A stretch of 64,000 nucleotides of DNA, taken from positions 1 to 64,000 of IMG/VR virus record IMGVR_UViG_3300050196_000225. The stretch is one strand, 5' to 3'. Origin of the DNA: a virus. The position numbers were made by a program, and so were the translations under genes. The notes below the pieces were generated by a model that had not been told where the DNA came from, searched no databases, and worked only from the letters and a program-made list of their open reading frames with translations. Positions 24,573 through 32,137 of this stretch are shown here, piece after piece (positions within the stretch are counted from its first letter, which is position 1; the number at the start of each line of letters is the position of its first letter).

Positions 24573-24634
24573 CTTGTTTCGATAGGTCAAATTGTGACCA
24601 TCAATGTGTGGATTGTATAGTCAGTTCTGACTTA
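24573..24634 (-). promoter_or_regulatory. Palindrome+TATAC element followed by a -10 plus leader element
   Basis: The minus strand reads TAAGTCAgaacTGACTATACaatccacacattgatggtcACAATTtgacctATCGAAACAAGC. Confidence 0.5.
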
Positions 24635-24822
24635 TGCCAAGCAATGCCCCTACGATCGCAAAGAGGGCAGGCCTTGCGTTTGTTTTGCAGTGCATGCTCT
24701 ACCCTTGACCGCATCTCGCCTACGCAAGGCCTGCGGGTTTTAAGGGCAGGCGATTCGGGCGCACTGAGCCCTTCAAAGTGTGATCGGGCGAGCCGTGCCC
24801 GCTCCAAGGACACGGACCTGTC

Positions 24823-24848
24823 AAAAAAGACAGGACCGAAGTCCTGTC
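24823..24848 (-). terminator. Rho-independent terminator
   Basis: The minus strand reads GACAGGAC-ttcg-GTCCTGTC-TTTTTT, about 25 nt after the stop at 24874. Confidence 0.8.
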
Positions 24849-24873
24849 AAATCGCATGGCACTGCGAGAACTC

Positions 24874-25218
24874 TTACCAGACTTCACCAGTCTGTGTCGC
24901 GGGTCTGTGAGGCGCGACCGGCCTGGTTGGTTTGACCGGCGCAATCAGGCGCTCGACCGGCTCGACATTGAGCAATCCAAGCCCGACCTTCCACTTGTGT
25001 CCTGGCACGAGCGAGTCGCCTGTCTCGCTGCAGGAGGCGGTCTTCTGGTTGATCTTGTCGATGTGAACTCGCCTGACGCCGCCTTCGTTGTCTCTGAAGG
25101 TGGCATATCGCCCGCGCATCACGCGCGTGTCCAGGCGCTGATCAAGGAGCTTGTCAACTTCCGCCTTGATCTTCTTCAAGGCGTCTGTCGATAGCAGGGC
25201 AAATTTTGAGAGGTCCAT
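24874..25218 (-). CDS. hypothetical protein (tail ...RPATQTGEVW)
   Basis: 114 aa from ATG 25218 (MDLSKFALLSTDALKKIKAEVDKLL...). The track ORF starts further upstream. Confidence 0.5.
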   Translation of the reverse strand: MDLSKFALLSTDALKKIKAEVDKLLDQRLDTRVMRGRYATFRDNEGGVRRVHIDKINQKTASCSETGDSLVPGHKWKVGLGLLNVEPVERLIAPVKPTRPVAPHRPATQTGEVW

Positions 25219-25241
25219 TGCGTTTCCATTTGACGGGTTGT

Positions 25242-25278
25242 CCAATTTCAAGCAGCCCAACAGACGGCTTGAAATTGG
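25242..25278. promoter_or_regulatory. 11-bp inverted repeat
   Basis: ccaatttcaag-N15-cttgaaattgg, in the spacer between 25308 and 25218. Confidence 0.4.
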
Positions 25279-25307
25279 GTGGAGCTTGCGCCCCACCCCT
25301 CCCCGCT

Positions 25308-26309
25308 TTACAGACCGAGGTCCGCTTTAACCTTCATCGCGATCAGGCTGTCTGCGTTCAGAACCAGGCGGCCCTTCTCGCCCGTGCTGACTGCGATCTT
25401 GAGCATCGGCAACATTGCCATCATCTGACCGGCTTGCGCGTTGCAGGTGCCCTTGGAGTAAGGCTTGCTCAGCAGCTCGGCGTGCAAGTTGCCCTTCTCG
25501 CCACTCGTGATGCAACCATCGCGCAGGAGGACTTTGAACGTGCGCTTCATGACCTCGTTCAAGGAACCGCCTGACTTCATCCAAGTGAAGAGCATGACCA
25601 CCTTCTCGGCGACCTTCTTCTGGGTGGCCGTCGCGCTGCCCGTGCCAGGACGGGTGTTAAGCAGCGCGAGCAGGTCAGCTTGCTTGGCGCGCAGGGCGTC
25701 AGGTTCCAGCTCAATGTCGGCCGTTTCCAGCAGCAGCATTTCGTCACGCTTGTCGCCCAGACGGGCGGTCAGGACGTCGCTGGCCTTGCCCGTGACGTAG
25801 GTCACACGGTGGACCTTCGGTTCTTTGGCCTTCGCGGGCTTTTCGGCCGCTTCGGTTTCGGCGGGCTGCTCGGCAGCGGGCTCAGTCACGCCGCCTGCAG
25901 CTTCGATATCTGCAAGGGCAGACGCGAGGGCAGCGTCGTCCAAGTCAGCGCCTTCGAGCCCTTCGAGCGAGACCTCGCCAACCAGGTCTTCGCTGGCGGC
26001 CAGGACCGGTGCGTCAGCGGGCACAGCAGCTTCAAGGACCGGCTCACTCAGGCCTTCCAGGTCGCTCAGGTCGGCGTCGCTCAGGTCGGCGTCGCTCAGG
26101 TCGGCGTCGCTCAGGTCGATCTCGTCAGCGACAGGCTTGTCGTCCATGTTGACCAGGTCTTCGAGCAGGCCGCCCAGTAGCGCTTCGCTGTTGGCGCTCA
26201 GGTCGATCTCGGCAGTGGTTTGCATGTTCATGGTCAGGCTTTCGGTTTGTGCAGTCTTCTTGGACTTGCGGTTGCGGGTGGGCTTGTTGGCGGTTGCGGT
26301 CATGGTCAA
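25308..26309 (-). CDS. highly acidic repeat protein
   Basis: 333 aa. The N-terminal half is Asp/Glu/Ala/Leu-rich with (DLSDA)x3-4. The C-terminal roughly 170 aa form a distinct domain. Confidence 0.65.
   Translation of the reverse strand: MTMTATANKPTRNRKSKKTAQTESLTMNMQTTAEIDLSANSEALLGGLLEDLVNMDDKPVADEIDLSDADLSDADLSDADLSDLEGLSEPVLEAAVPADAPVLAASEDLVGEVSLEGLEGADLDDAALASALADIEAAGGVTEPAAEQPAETEAAEKPAKAKEPKVHRVTYVTGKASDVLTARLGDKRDEMLLLETADIELEPDALRAKQADLLALLNTRPGTGSATATQKKVAEKVVMLFTWMKSGGSLNEVMKRTFKVLLRDGCITSGEKGNLHAELLSKPYSKGTCNAQAGQMMAMLPMLKIAVSTGEKGRLVLNADSLIAMKVKADLGL
26061..26118. repeat. 15-bp in-frame tandem repeat (about 3.9 copies)
   Basis: gtcgctcaggtcggc repeated. It encodes DLSDA units inside ORF 25308-26309. 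Confidence 0.85.
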
Positions 26310-26345
26310 ATCCTTTCAGGTGAGAATATCTGGTTAGGTTTGTCG

Positions 26346-26372
26346 CTTTGTTTTCGCGATGATTGAATTATG
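26346..26372 (-). promoter_or_regulatory. -10 plus conserved-leader element (proximal copy)
   Basis: The minus strand reads AGCTCCAATATCtgaccttCATAATTCAATCATCGCGAAAACAAAG. Confidence 0.5.
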
Positions 26373-26450
26373 AAGGTCAGATATTGGAGCTACAAGCGAT
26401 TTACTAGGCGTTTGTTTTGCTCTTTCTCTGTCTTTCTTTTCGTTCGTCTC

Positions 26451-26476
26451 GTTTGTTGCGATGTATGAACTATAAC
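26451..26476 (-). promoter_or_regulatory. -10 plus conserved-leader element (distal tandem copy)
   Basis: The minus strand reads AGCTCCAATATCgggtcgtTATAGTTCATACATCGCAACAAAC. No convincing ORF lies between it and the proximal copy. Confidence 0.45.
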
Positions 26477-26653
26477 GACCCGATATTGGAGCTGTAATGT
26501 ATTTGCCAGGAACTCGGCAAGGATATTGTCGCTATATGAGCGCGCGATGTGCGTGCGCGCGAATAACACGCTGTTGTTGGACATGGCCAGGACTTTGAAA
26601 ATTCGCCGACCGATCCTTGGCATGTCTTGGCCATCCACGGACGGGCGCAAGCC

Positions 26654-26677
26654 AAAGAAAAAGCGCCAGCAGGCGCT
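26654..26677 (-). terminator. Rho-independent terminator
   Basis: The minus strand reads AGCGCC-tgct-GGCGCT-TTTTTCTTT, 5 nt after the stop at 26682. Confidence 0.8.
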
Positions 26678-26681
26678 TGGT

Positions 26682-27020
26682 TTAGATCTTGACCTGGAAC
26701 TGATCGGCGAGTGGGTCACCATCATAGTTTCCAACCAGATCAAACTGGTCATATCCTTCCCACTTGAGCTTGGTCAGGAAGCGGTCAATCTCGCCCTGTG
26801 TGATCCAAGGGTTATCTGAGCCCTGGTCAATCAGGTAAGGTCGTCGGAAGCTGGGCGCAGGCTGAGAAGTTGCGTAAAAACCGACAGTTTGCCCATTCTC
26901 TTTGCGGGCTCGCATCACGCGACCTGCTTCGTTGGGGACTGCAGCTTCGAGCCGAAATCCAATAATCTCATCAGAGCGAGGACGACGAGTAATTTTGACA
27001 CGAACGATTGCTTTGGACAT
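26682..27020 (-). CDS. hypothetical protein
   Basis: 112 aa from ATG 27020 (MSKAIVRVKITRRPRSDE...). Confidence 0.55.
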   Translation of the reverse strand: MSKAIVRVKITRRPRSDEIIGFRLEAAVPNEAGRVMRARKENGQTVGFYATSQPAPSFRRPYLIDQGSDNPWITQGEIDRFLTKLKWEGYDQFDLVGNYDGDPLADQFQVKI

Positions 27021-27036
27021 TTGAATACCTGCAAAC

Positions 27037-27060
27037 AAATTGTTTCGACAGGTATATTTT
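27037..27060 (-). promoter_or_regulatory. -10 plus conserved-leader element
   Basis: The minus strand reads atCCAATATgtgacattgaaAATATAcctgTCGAAACAATTTg. It is preceded by GGTGAGTATATCC. Confidence 0.4.
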
Positions 27061-27143
27061 CAATGTCACATATTGGATATAGAGTGGATATACTCACCCG
27101 CCCGTAAAAGTTCCAATATTGAGTTCGCCTGACGGCTCAGGCT

Positions 27144-27608
27144 TTACCAGGCCCCGATCCCGCCATCGTCCACGTCGCCTTTAAGGTTTGCTACGGAGCT
27201 GGTCGGCAAGTCAGAGCTTGGAGGTGGCGGCGGTGGAGGTGGAGGCGCCAGCGTGTTGCCAACTTCCTCGATGTTGCCTTCTTCATCCATCGTCGAGTCT
27301 GTCCACTTGAGGATGAAGTCCTCGTAGAAGGAGGTGGCCATCTTCTCGTCAGGAAAGAATCGGCCGCTGAACGGATCTGGCACAGGCTTGCCCTGGTCGT
27401 TGTAGTTGGACAGCTCCAGGGCGAAGACTTTGTAGGTGCTGCGGAACTGCTTGTCAGCGTCAGGCACCTCGCCCTTCCACACGATGCGAATCAGGACTTT
27501 GCCATTGTCAAACTGACGCACGATCTGGTAGGAGGCGTCTTTCAGCTTGGCCAGGTAGGCATCGCGAGACATTGGCAGACCTTCACGGTCGAAGTATTTG
27601 GTCGTCAT
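27144..27608 (-). CDS. hypothetical protein (poly-Pro linker, ends ...DDGGIGAW)
   Basis: 154-aa ORF with PPPPPPPPP near the C-terminus. Confidence 0.6.
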   Translation of the reverse strand: MTTKYFDREGLPMSRDAYLAKLKDASYQIVRQFDNGKVLIRIVWKGEVPDADKQFRSTYKVFALELSNYNDQGKPVPDPFSGRFFPDEKMATSFYEDFILKWTDSTMDEEGNIEEVGNTLAPPPPPPPPPSSDLPTSSVANLKGDVDDGGIGAW

Positions 27609-27856
27609 GGCGTCGCCTCAATCCAATTGTCTTTCATGTGGAAGCTCCGATTACTGAACCGCGCGGTCACCTCGTAGCCAGGCGGAAAGACGTGCGTGAC
27701 GACGCCTACAACGCTCGTGATGCTTCGCGCCTCGTTGATAAAGATGTCCGATGGATATCCAGGCGTCACGCAGCTGCGATTGCTGCTTTTCATGCGCTCG
27801 ATGCACGCAGGCGTGATGACGACCTTATCGCCAACGTTCCAACGGTGAGGCATCAT
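27605..27856 (-). CDS. hypothetical protein
   Basis: 83 aa from ATG 27856 (TAATG overlap). ATGA overlap with the downstream gene. Confidence 0.5.
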   Translation of the reverse strand: MMPHRWNVGDKVVITPACIERMKSSNRSCVTPGYPSDIFINEARSITSVVGVVTHVFPPGYEVTARFSNRSFHMKDNWIEATP

Positions 27857-28365
27857 TATTTTTGCTCCTTCTTCAAGATGTCGGCCAACTGCCTGGCCAT
27901 GCCTGCGCACTCGTTCTCAACGAATGCCAGGGTGCGGTAGACGCCTTCATTCATGAAGGCAGAGCTTACGCCTGCGGCCGCCATTCTGGTGATGAGGCCC
28001 GGCGACATGTCGCCGTAGTGCGCACAATCAAAGCCAAGCCAATACCCCTGGCTATGACCTTGACGGTGAAAGCGCCCAGAGAAAGTCAGGCCCCCATGCA
28101 CGCGAATGCCACGCACTGCGCTGTGGTTGTAGGCGCACGCACGCACGACGCGACCACGCCAACGAGATTGAATGGTGCGCTCGGACTTTGCCAGGCGCTT
28201 GCGCAGGTTGCTGTGAGGCACACGGACGTAGCCGCACAGCGAGCCGGAATACAGGTTTCGGATGGCCATGCAGACCAAGCCGGTCGCAGGGTCGCGCCAA
28301 CGCTTGAAGTTGGGCTCATAAACAGGCACATCTGTGGCGACGTTTTGGGTTGCTGTCTCTGTCAT
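27856..28365 (-). CDS. hypothetical protein (VHGGLTF...GFDCAHYGD family)
   Basis: 169-aa ORF. The conserved-looking His/Asp motifs suggest an enzyme, but I cannot name the family. Confidence 0.55.
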   Translation of the reverse strand: MTETATQNVATDVPVYEPNFKRWRDPATGLVCMAIRNLYSGSLCGYVRVPHSNLRKRLAKSERTIQSRWRGRVVRACAYNHSAVRGIRVHGGLTFSGRFHRQGHSQGYWLGFDCAHYGDMSPGLITRMAAAGVSSAFMNEGVYRTLAFVENECAGMARQLADILKKEQK

Positions 28366-28607
28366 GGTGTCGGGTTGTTTGAGTCGATATCTGAATTGTG
28401 CGACCCTGAAGCAGGCGCTGGTTTGGCTTTCAGGTAGGCGTCGTAACCTTCCTTCTTGAACAGGATGCGGTTGGCCGTGTAGGGGCTGATCCCGCAGATC
28501 TTGGCGACGCCCTCGATGCCGGCATCAGTTTCCAGGTAGCGCCACCAGACTGCGTAAGTCAGCTCCTCGCGGGTGCTGAAGCGCCCGGTGGTTGGCTTGC
28601 GGCTCAC
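28362..28607 (-). CDS. HTH-domain protein
   Basis: 81 aa from GTG 28607 (GTGA overlap). AGIEGVAKICGISPYTANRIL looks like an HTH. Confidence 0.45.
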   Translation of the reverse strand: MSRKPTTGRFSTREELTYAVWWRYLETDAGIEGVAKICGISPYTANRILFKKEGYDAYLKAKPAPASGSHNSDIDSNNPTP

Positions 28608-28834
28608 CGACGGGCCACCCAGCCGGTCGGCTCGTCGTCCATGTCCTGCAGCTTGGCCAGCTCCACCAGGGCGCGCTCCCTGTCCTCGAAGCACCAGCGG
28701 TAGGCCCAGCCGATGTGGCTCAGGCCCGTGCAGATGGCGCGGGTGAACATCAGTTCGATGGTGCCGGCCCAGGTGCCATCTGCCAACTGCCGGACATTCC
28801 GGTAGCCCTGGGCCTCGAAGTATTCCTTGCTCAT
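28604..28834 (-). CDS. hypothetical protein
   Basis: 76-aa ORF. ATGA overlap with the upstream gene. Confidence 0.5.
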   Translation of the reverse strand: MSKEYFEAQGYRNVRQLADGTWAGTIELMFTRAICTGLSHIGWAYRWCFEDRERALVELAKLQDMDDEPTGWVARR

Positions 28835-28983
28835 GCGTCCTCGTCGAAATAAAAGAAGGTGACATTCATGGTCATTTGGATGTGCTTGACTGCCTTCATG
28901 AAGTCACTCTCGATTTCGCCTTGAATTTCCAGGCGCAGAAAGGCATTGTCCACAATACCGAACACGGCCATTTTCTTGGTCAT
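28831..28983 (-). CDS. hypothetical small protein (50 aa)
   Basis: Hand-translated as MTKKMAVFGIVDNAFLRLEIQGEIESDFMKAVKHIQMTMNVTFFYFDEDA. ATGA overlaps at both ends. Confidence 0.4.
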   Translation of the reverse strand: MTKKMAVFGIVDNAFLRLEIQGEIESDFMKAVKHIQMTMNVTFFYFDEDA

Positions 28984-29294
28984 GGCTCAATCTCCTCGAT
29001 CAGAACGGAGCTGCAGTTCGGACACTCGTCGCCAGCCGTGTTCCCGCGCCAGGCGCAGGCCCGGCACTTGAACGAGTCCAGCACGTCGCTGTGCAGCATC
29101 CAGGGGTGCGGTTGGCTCTCGCTGGCCAGGCACCACAGCGTCGGGTCATCGAGCTGGACCAGGATGCGGTCATCAGGGCGGCCTGTCTCGATCGCGCGCG
29201 AGGCGACCACATCATTGATTTTTAAGATCGCCTCAAAGCCCAGGATGGTTCCCCAGCCGAACTTCTTGAGCAGAACGCGTTGGCCGACGATCAT
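28980..29294 (-). CDS. protein with a C-terminal zinc ribbon
   Basis: 104 aa. CRACAW...CPNCSS at the C-terminus. Confidence 0.5.
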   Translation of the reverse strand: MIVGQRVLLKKFGWGTILGFEAILKINDVVASRAIETGRPDDRILVQLDDPTLWCLASESQPHPWMLHSDVLDSFKCRACAWRGNTAGDECPNCSSVLIEEIEP

Positions 29295-29296
29295 GG

Positions 29297-29740
29297 TCAG
29301 TCCTTCAGCGCCGACAGCGCAACTGGTTCAAAGTGCAGGTCCAACTCGACACCCGCCTCGATCAGCTCTTGGATGCCGATGTAGCCGCGCTCTGGATAGT
29401 TGGGCAGAATCTCAACCTGACCATACGCCTGAATCTGATCGACGCTGGGCGTCCAGTCGCCATCTTCACCCTTGTCCTTCTCGGTGATGTAGGCCGTCAC
29501 CGGCCCGCCGAAATACTTCAGGTAGGCGATCGGGTCTTTCACTCCGTCCTGGCCATAGGTCTGAGGCATCTCCTCGATGCACTTTTTGATGACCTTCAGG
29601 CGCTCGACAAAGAAGTCACCCTCTTCGCCTTTGATCAGCTCCTTGAGCGCAAAGCGCTGCGCGACGGGAATCCACTTCTCGAAGAAGCCCCCATTGGATA
29701 GCGCTTGCTCGATCTTGAAAAAGTCTGTGGCGTTGACCAT
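29297..29740 (-). CDS. DUF2958-like protein
   Basis: 147 aa. AYITEKD...AYGQVEILPNYPERGYIGIQELIEAGVELDLHFEP resembles the DUF2958 pattern as I recall it. Confidence 0.4.
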   Translation of the reverse strand: MVNATDFFKIEQALSNGGFFEKWIPVAQRFALKELIKGEEGDFFVERLKVIKKCIEEMPQTYGQDGVKDPIAYLKYFGGPVTAYITEKDKGEDGDWTPSVDQIQAYGQVEILPNYPERGYIGIQELIEAGVELDLHFEPVALSALKD

Positions 29741-29749
29741 GTCGGTGCC

Positions 29750-29776
29750 CTTGTTTGTTGCGATGATTGAATTGTG
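29750..29776 (-). promoter_or_regulatory. -10 plus conserved-leader element
   Basis: The minus strand reads gggcttcACAATTCAATCATCGCAACAAACAAGggcaccgacATG. Confidence 0.5.
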
Positions 29777-29817
29777 AAGCCCGGCCGCAGGAAGTCAAAG
29801 CGACTTGCCAGGCGAAC

Positions 29818-30453
29818 TCACCAGCGCCTGATCTGCAGCTGTGTCTCGACCTCTTCAACCAGCGTCAAGTCGCCAATGGGGTCTGTCATGACCAGCTGAC
29901 CATTGGCCCGCTCCATGAAGTTCTTCATGTGCAGGTCCAGGAAGTTGCCACCGTTGTAGCTGCAGTATCGGGCCAGGTCTTTGAAGGCGTTGCGCACGCT
30001 GCCTGGCAGGTCTTTGCAGGCGACCATCTTGCGCGCCTCTTCCTCTGCCAGAAACTCTTCGGGAACGTCCGCGTAGGTCAGCCTGCGATCTTTGTGCCGG
30101 ATGATGATGGACCTGGCCAGCTTACATGCCTGGCTGCCGGCCCTGAGCTTGCTCAGACGCTCGACCTCATACAAGTAGATTGGCCAGCGCCTTCCGAGCA
30201 CGCTGATCTCGCCAATGTCCTGATGGTCATCATGCACGCGAGTGAAATGGCGATGCGTCACACGGGTGACCTTGTCGTTGGCCATCCAGTAGCTCGGGCC
30301 ATCCACAGTCAACTTCAAGGCGGTGTTCGGGCGCGTGCCCTCAAAGACGGCCGAGAAGTTGCCTCGACCAAGCAGCTTTTTGCCCTGGAGAAGTGGGTGA
30401 CGAAGTGCCAAACGAGCACCTGGCTCGTCAAAGCGAAATGCTTTGGCGGACAT
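29818..30453 (-). CDS. protein-kinase-like (ePK/APH-fold) phosphotransferase
   Basis: 211 aa from ATG 30453 (GAAAGG RBS). Gly-loop LGRGNFSAVF, Lys in TALKL, catalytic-loop-like LDLHMKNFM and DFG-like VMTDPIG. Confidence 0.5.
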   Translation of the reverse strand: MSAKAFRFDEPGARLALRHPLLQGKKLLGRGNFSAVFEGTRPNTALKLTVDGPSYWMANDKVTRVTHRHFTRVHDDHQDIGEISVLGRRWPIYLYEVERLSKLRAGSQACKLARSIIIRHKDRRLTYADVPEEFLAEEEARKMVACKDLPGSVRNAFKDLARYCSYNGGNFLDLHMKNFMERANGQLVMTDPIGDLTLVEEVETQLQIRRW

Positions 30454-30505
30454 GAAAAACCTTTCATCTGTTGCAGACCAAAATTGTCGCAACGAAAGTC
30501 AGGAG

Positions 30506-30527
30506 TATAGCTCACCTGTGACTGATA
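30506..30527 (-). promoter_or_regulatory. Palindrome+TATACT element
   Basis: The minus strand reads TATCAGTCAcaggTGAGCTATACTcctgactttcgTTGCGACAAtttt, 53 nt upstream of ATG 30453. Confidence 0.5.
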
Positions 30528-30558
30528 GCCGCAGGCGAACCAAAGAGGGAAAGACGCC

Positions 30559-30867
30559 TCAGACGCGCTGAATTTTCAAGTCCAAGTTCGTCGGGCCGCT
30601 CAGACTCAGGGTCGTGTAGTGGCGGCCGCTGATCGTGGTTTTGCCCTTCTTGACCAGCCCGGCGTTCACCATGCGCCCGATGTAGACCATCATTGAAGCA
30701 AATGGGATCATGGTGCCTGCGCAGATTTCCTCATAGAGGCATTCTGGGTGGTTGGCCAGGTATCGCAAGATCGTGTGGCTGCGTCTGGTAAGAACGAAGA
30801 ACGTGCCCGTTCTGGTGTCGAAGGCCACGTTGTAGCTGCTCGCCAATAGCTCGGTCGATTTGGTCAT
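30559..30867 (-). CDS. winged-helix (MarR-like) DNA-binding protein
   Basis: 102 aa. ILRYLANHPECLYEEICAGT...MVYIGRMVNAGLVKKGK fits the wHTH pattern. Confidence 0.5.
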   Translation of the reverse strand: MTKSTELLASSYNVAFDTRTGTFFVLTRRSHTILRYLANHPECLYEEICAGTMIPFASMMVYIGRMVNAGLVKKGKTTISGRHYTTLSLSGPTNLDLKIQRV

Positions 30868-31340
30868 TTTTCCAACTCCTTCAACTCCAGATAAAACTCG
30901 TGATAGCGCACCACGCGCTCCACGTCCTTCTTGGTCACACCCTTGAGACGACGGATGTCGCTGTTGTGGCGCAGGTCCGCCATTTTCACCTTTCGCGCAT
31001 CCGAGTTGCGCTTGACCTGGGCCTTGTAGTCCTCATAGGACAGGCCGGGGCGCTTGGTCAGGGCGTAGATGCCGGCGACGATCCGCTCCGTGAAGCCCTT
31101 GTCCCGCAGGAGCTTGATGCCAACCCGGACATCGTCAAAGCAGTCCTTCAGGATGTCGTGCCCGATGGCAATGCACAGCACTTCCTCATCGTCGGACTTG
31201 GTGTAGTGCATCACCTTCAGGCAGTGCAGGATGTAGGGCTTGCCCGCCTTGTCCTTCTTGCCGCGAAACAGGTTTGTGGTCAGATGGATCATCGAGTCAA
31301 GCATGTCGCCAGGCTGGATGACGGTGTGAGGCTCGTTCAT
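30864..31340 (-). CDS. SpoT/Mesh1-type HD-domain small alarmone hydrolase
   Basis: 158 aa. GKPYILHCLKV, IAIGHDILKDCF (the HD motif), ALTKRPG and KVKMADLRHNSD match the (p)ppGpp-hydrolase HD pattern. Confidence 0.65.
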   Translation of the reverse strand: MNEPHTVIQPGDMLDSMIHLTTNLFRGKKDKAGKPYILHCLKVMHYTKSDDEEVLCIAIGHDILKDCFDDVRVGIKLLRDKGFTERIVAGIYALTKRPGLSYEDYKAQVKRNSDARKVKMADLRHNSDIRRLKGVTKKDVERVVRYHEFYLELKELEK

Positions 31341-31468
31341 TTGTTCACCTTGGCCCGTAGTTCGTTGGCGTCTTTCTCCAGCTCGCGGTATTCAGCCAGA
31401 GTGATGTCTGGATCGCGCCTGGCCGCAGCCATGACACGGTCGATGATCCAGTTGAGGAAGCGCTTCAT
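31337..31468 (-). CDS. hypothetical small protein (43 aa)
   Basis: Hand-translated as MKRFLNWIIDRVMAAARRDPDITLAEYRELEKDANELRAKVNK. ATGA overlaps at both ends. Confidence 0.4.
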   Translation of the reverse strand: MKRFLNWIIDRVMAAARRDPDITLAEYRELEKDANELRAKVNK

Positions 31469-32079
31469 GTGGCCGCCCGCAGTCGGTCAAAGGTGGCCCC
31501 GTCAATGCCCAGGGCCTCCAGCCAGGTGTGGAAGTAGAGGTTCAGCTCCTCGCTGCGCTCGTGAGTGCCGTAGTGGTGAGCCAAGAAGTCCTTGTAGTTC
31601 TGCACCTTGTCGGCCACCAGCATCATGCGAACTTCAGGCAGCACGCCGGGAGTGGGCTCGCCGATGCACTCGTAGTTCTCCACCGCCTTCCGCCTTCCGC
31701 CGTCCTCGTCGTAGCTGTAGGAGCTGGCATCGACCACCTTGTCGGACAGCCACTCGTTCGCTCGGGCGCGGTATTCCATCGCCAACATCACCATGCGCGG
31801 GCTGAACTGATCCATGTTGCCGGCGTAGACCTTGATCAGATCGTCATTGTGTTGGAACAGCGGGTGCAGACAGTAGGCCCGAGCCGCAGTCATTGCTGTG
31901 CTCCAGCCAGCTTTGGAGCCTTCCACTTGCATCAGCTCGAAGATGATGGCGATGCCTTCGTTGATGTGATTGATCAGCGGCACGCCCGAGCGCTTGGCGC
32001 AGCGGTCGCCATAGGCGTGCTGGACGGCCACATATTCGGGGGTCTGCTGGATCAACTCGATGGGTTTCTTGCCGCTCAT
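31465..32079 (-). CDS. hypothetical protein (possible degenerate HD-fold)
   Basis: 204 aa. The spacing of PLINHINEG, AYCLHPLF and LVADKVQN is reminiscent of HD hydrolases, but there is no clear HD dyad. Confidence 0.3.
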   Translation of the reverse strand: MSGKKPIELIQQTPEYVAVQHAYGDRCAKRSGVPLINHINEGIAIIFELMQVEGSKAGWSTAMTAARAYCLHPLFQHNDDLIKVYAGNMDQFSPRMVMLAMEYRARANEWLSDKVVDASSYSYDEDGGRRKAVENYECIGEPTPGVLPEVRMMLVADKVQNYKDFLAHHYGTHERSEELNLYFHTWLEALGIDGATFDRLRAAT

Positions 32080-32137
32080 GGCGTCACTTTCAAAAGATGG
32101 GGTGTTGGGTCGAGCCCGTGAAGCGGCGGGTGCCAGC

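Noticed and set aside
26061-26118. Short perfect tandem repeats that might be mistaken for a CRISPR-like or satellite array
   Set aside because: The 15-bp units are contiguous with no spacers, in frame, and lie inside ORF 25308-26309, where they encode DLSDA. The (EP)n hexanucleotide repeats at about 58502-58522 and 58694-58722, and the poly-Pro tract at about 27220-27250, are likewise coding low-complexity sequence.
26390-26752. 120-aa minus-strand ORF (and the nested 61-aa ORF 26470-26655) in the spacer upstream of the acidic protein gene
   Set aside because: It would start inside the preceding gene and run through a strong terminator and the distal promoter/leader copy. It has no RBS. An internal 64-aa version starting at ATG 26585 cannot be excluded, but it also lacks an RBS and would contain the regulatory repeat.
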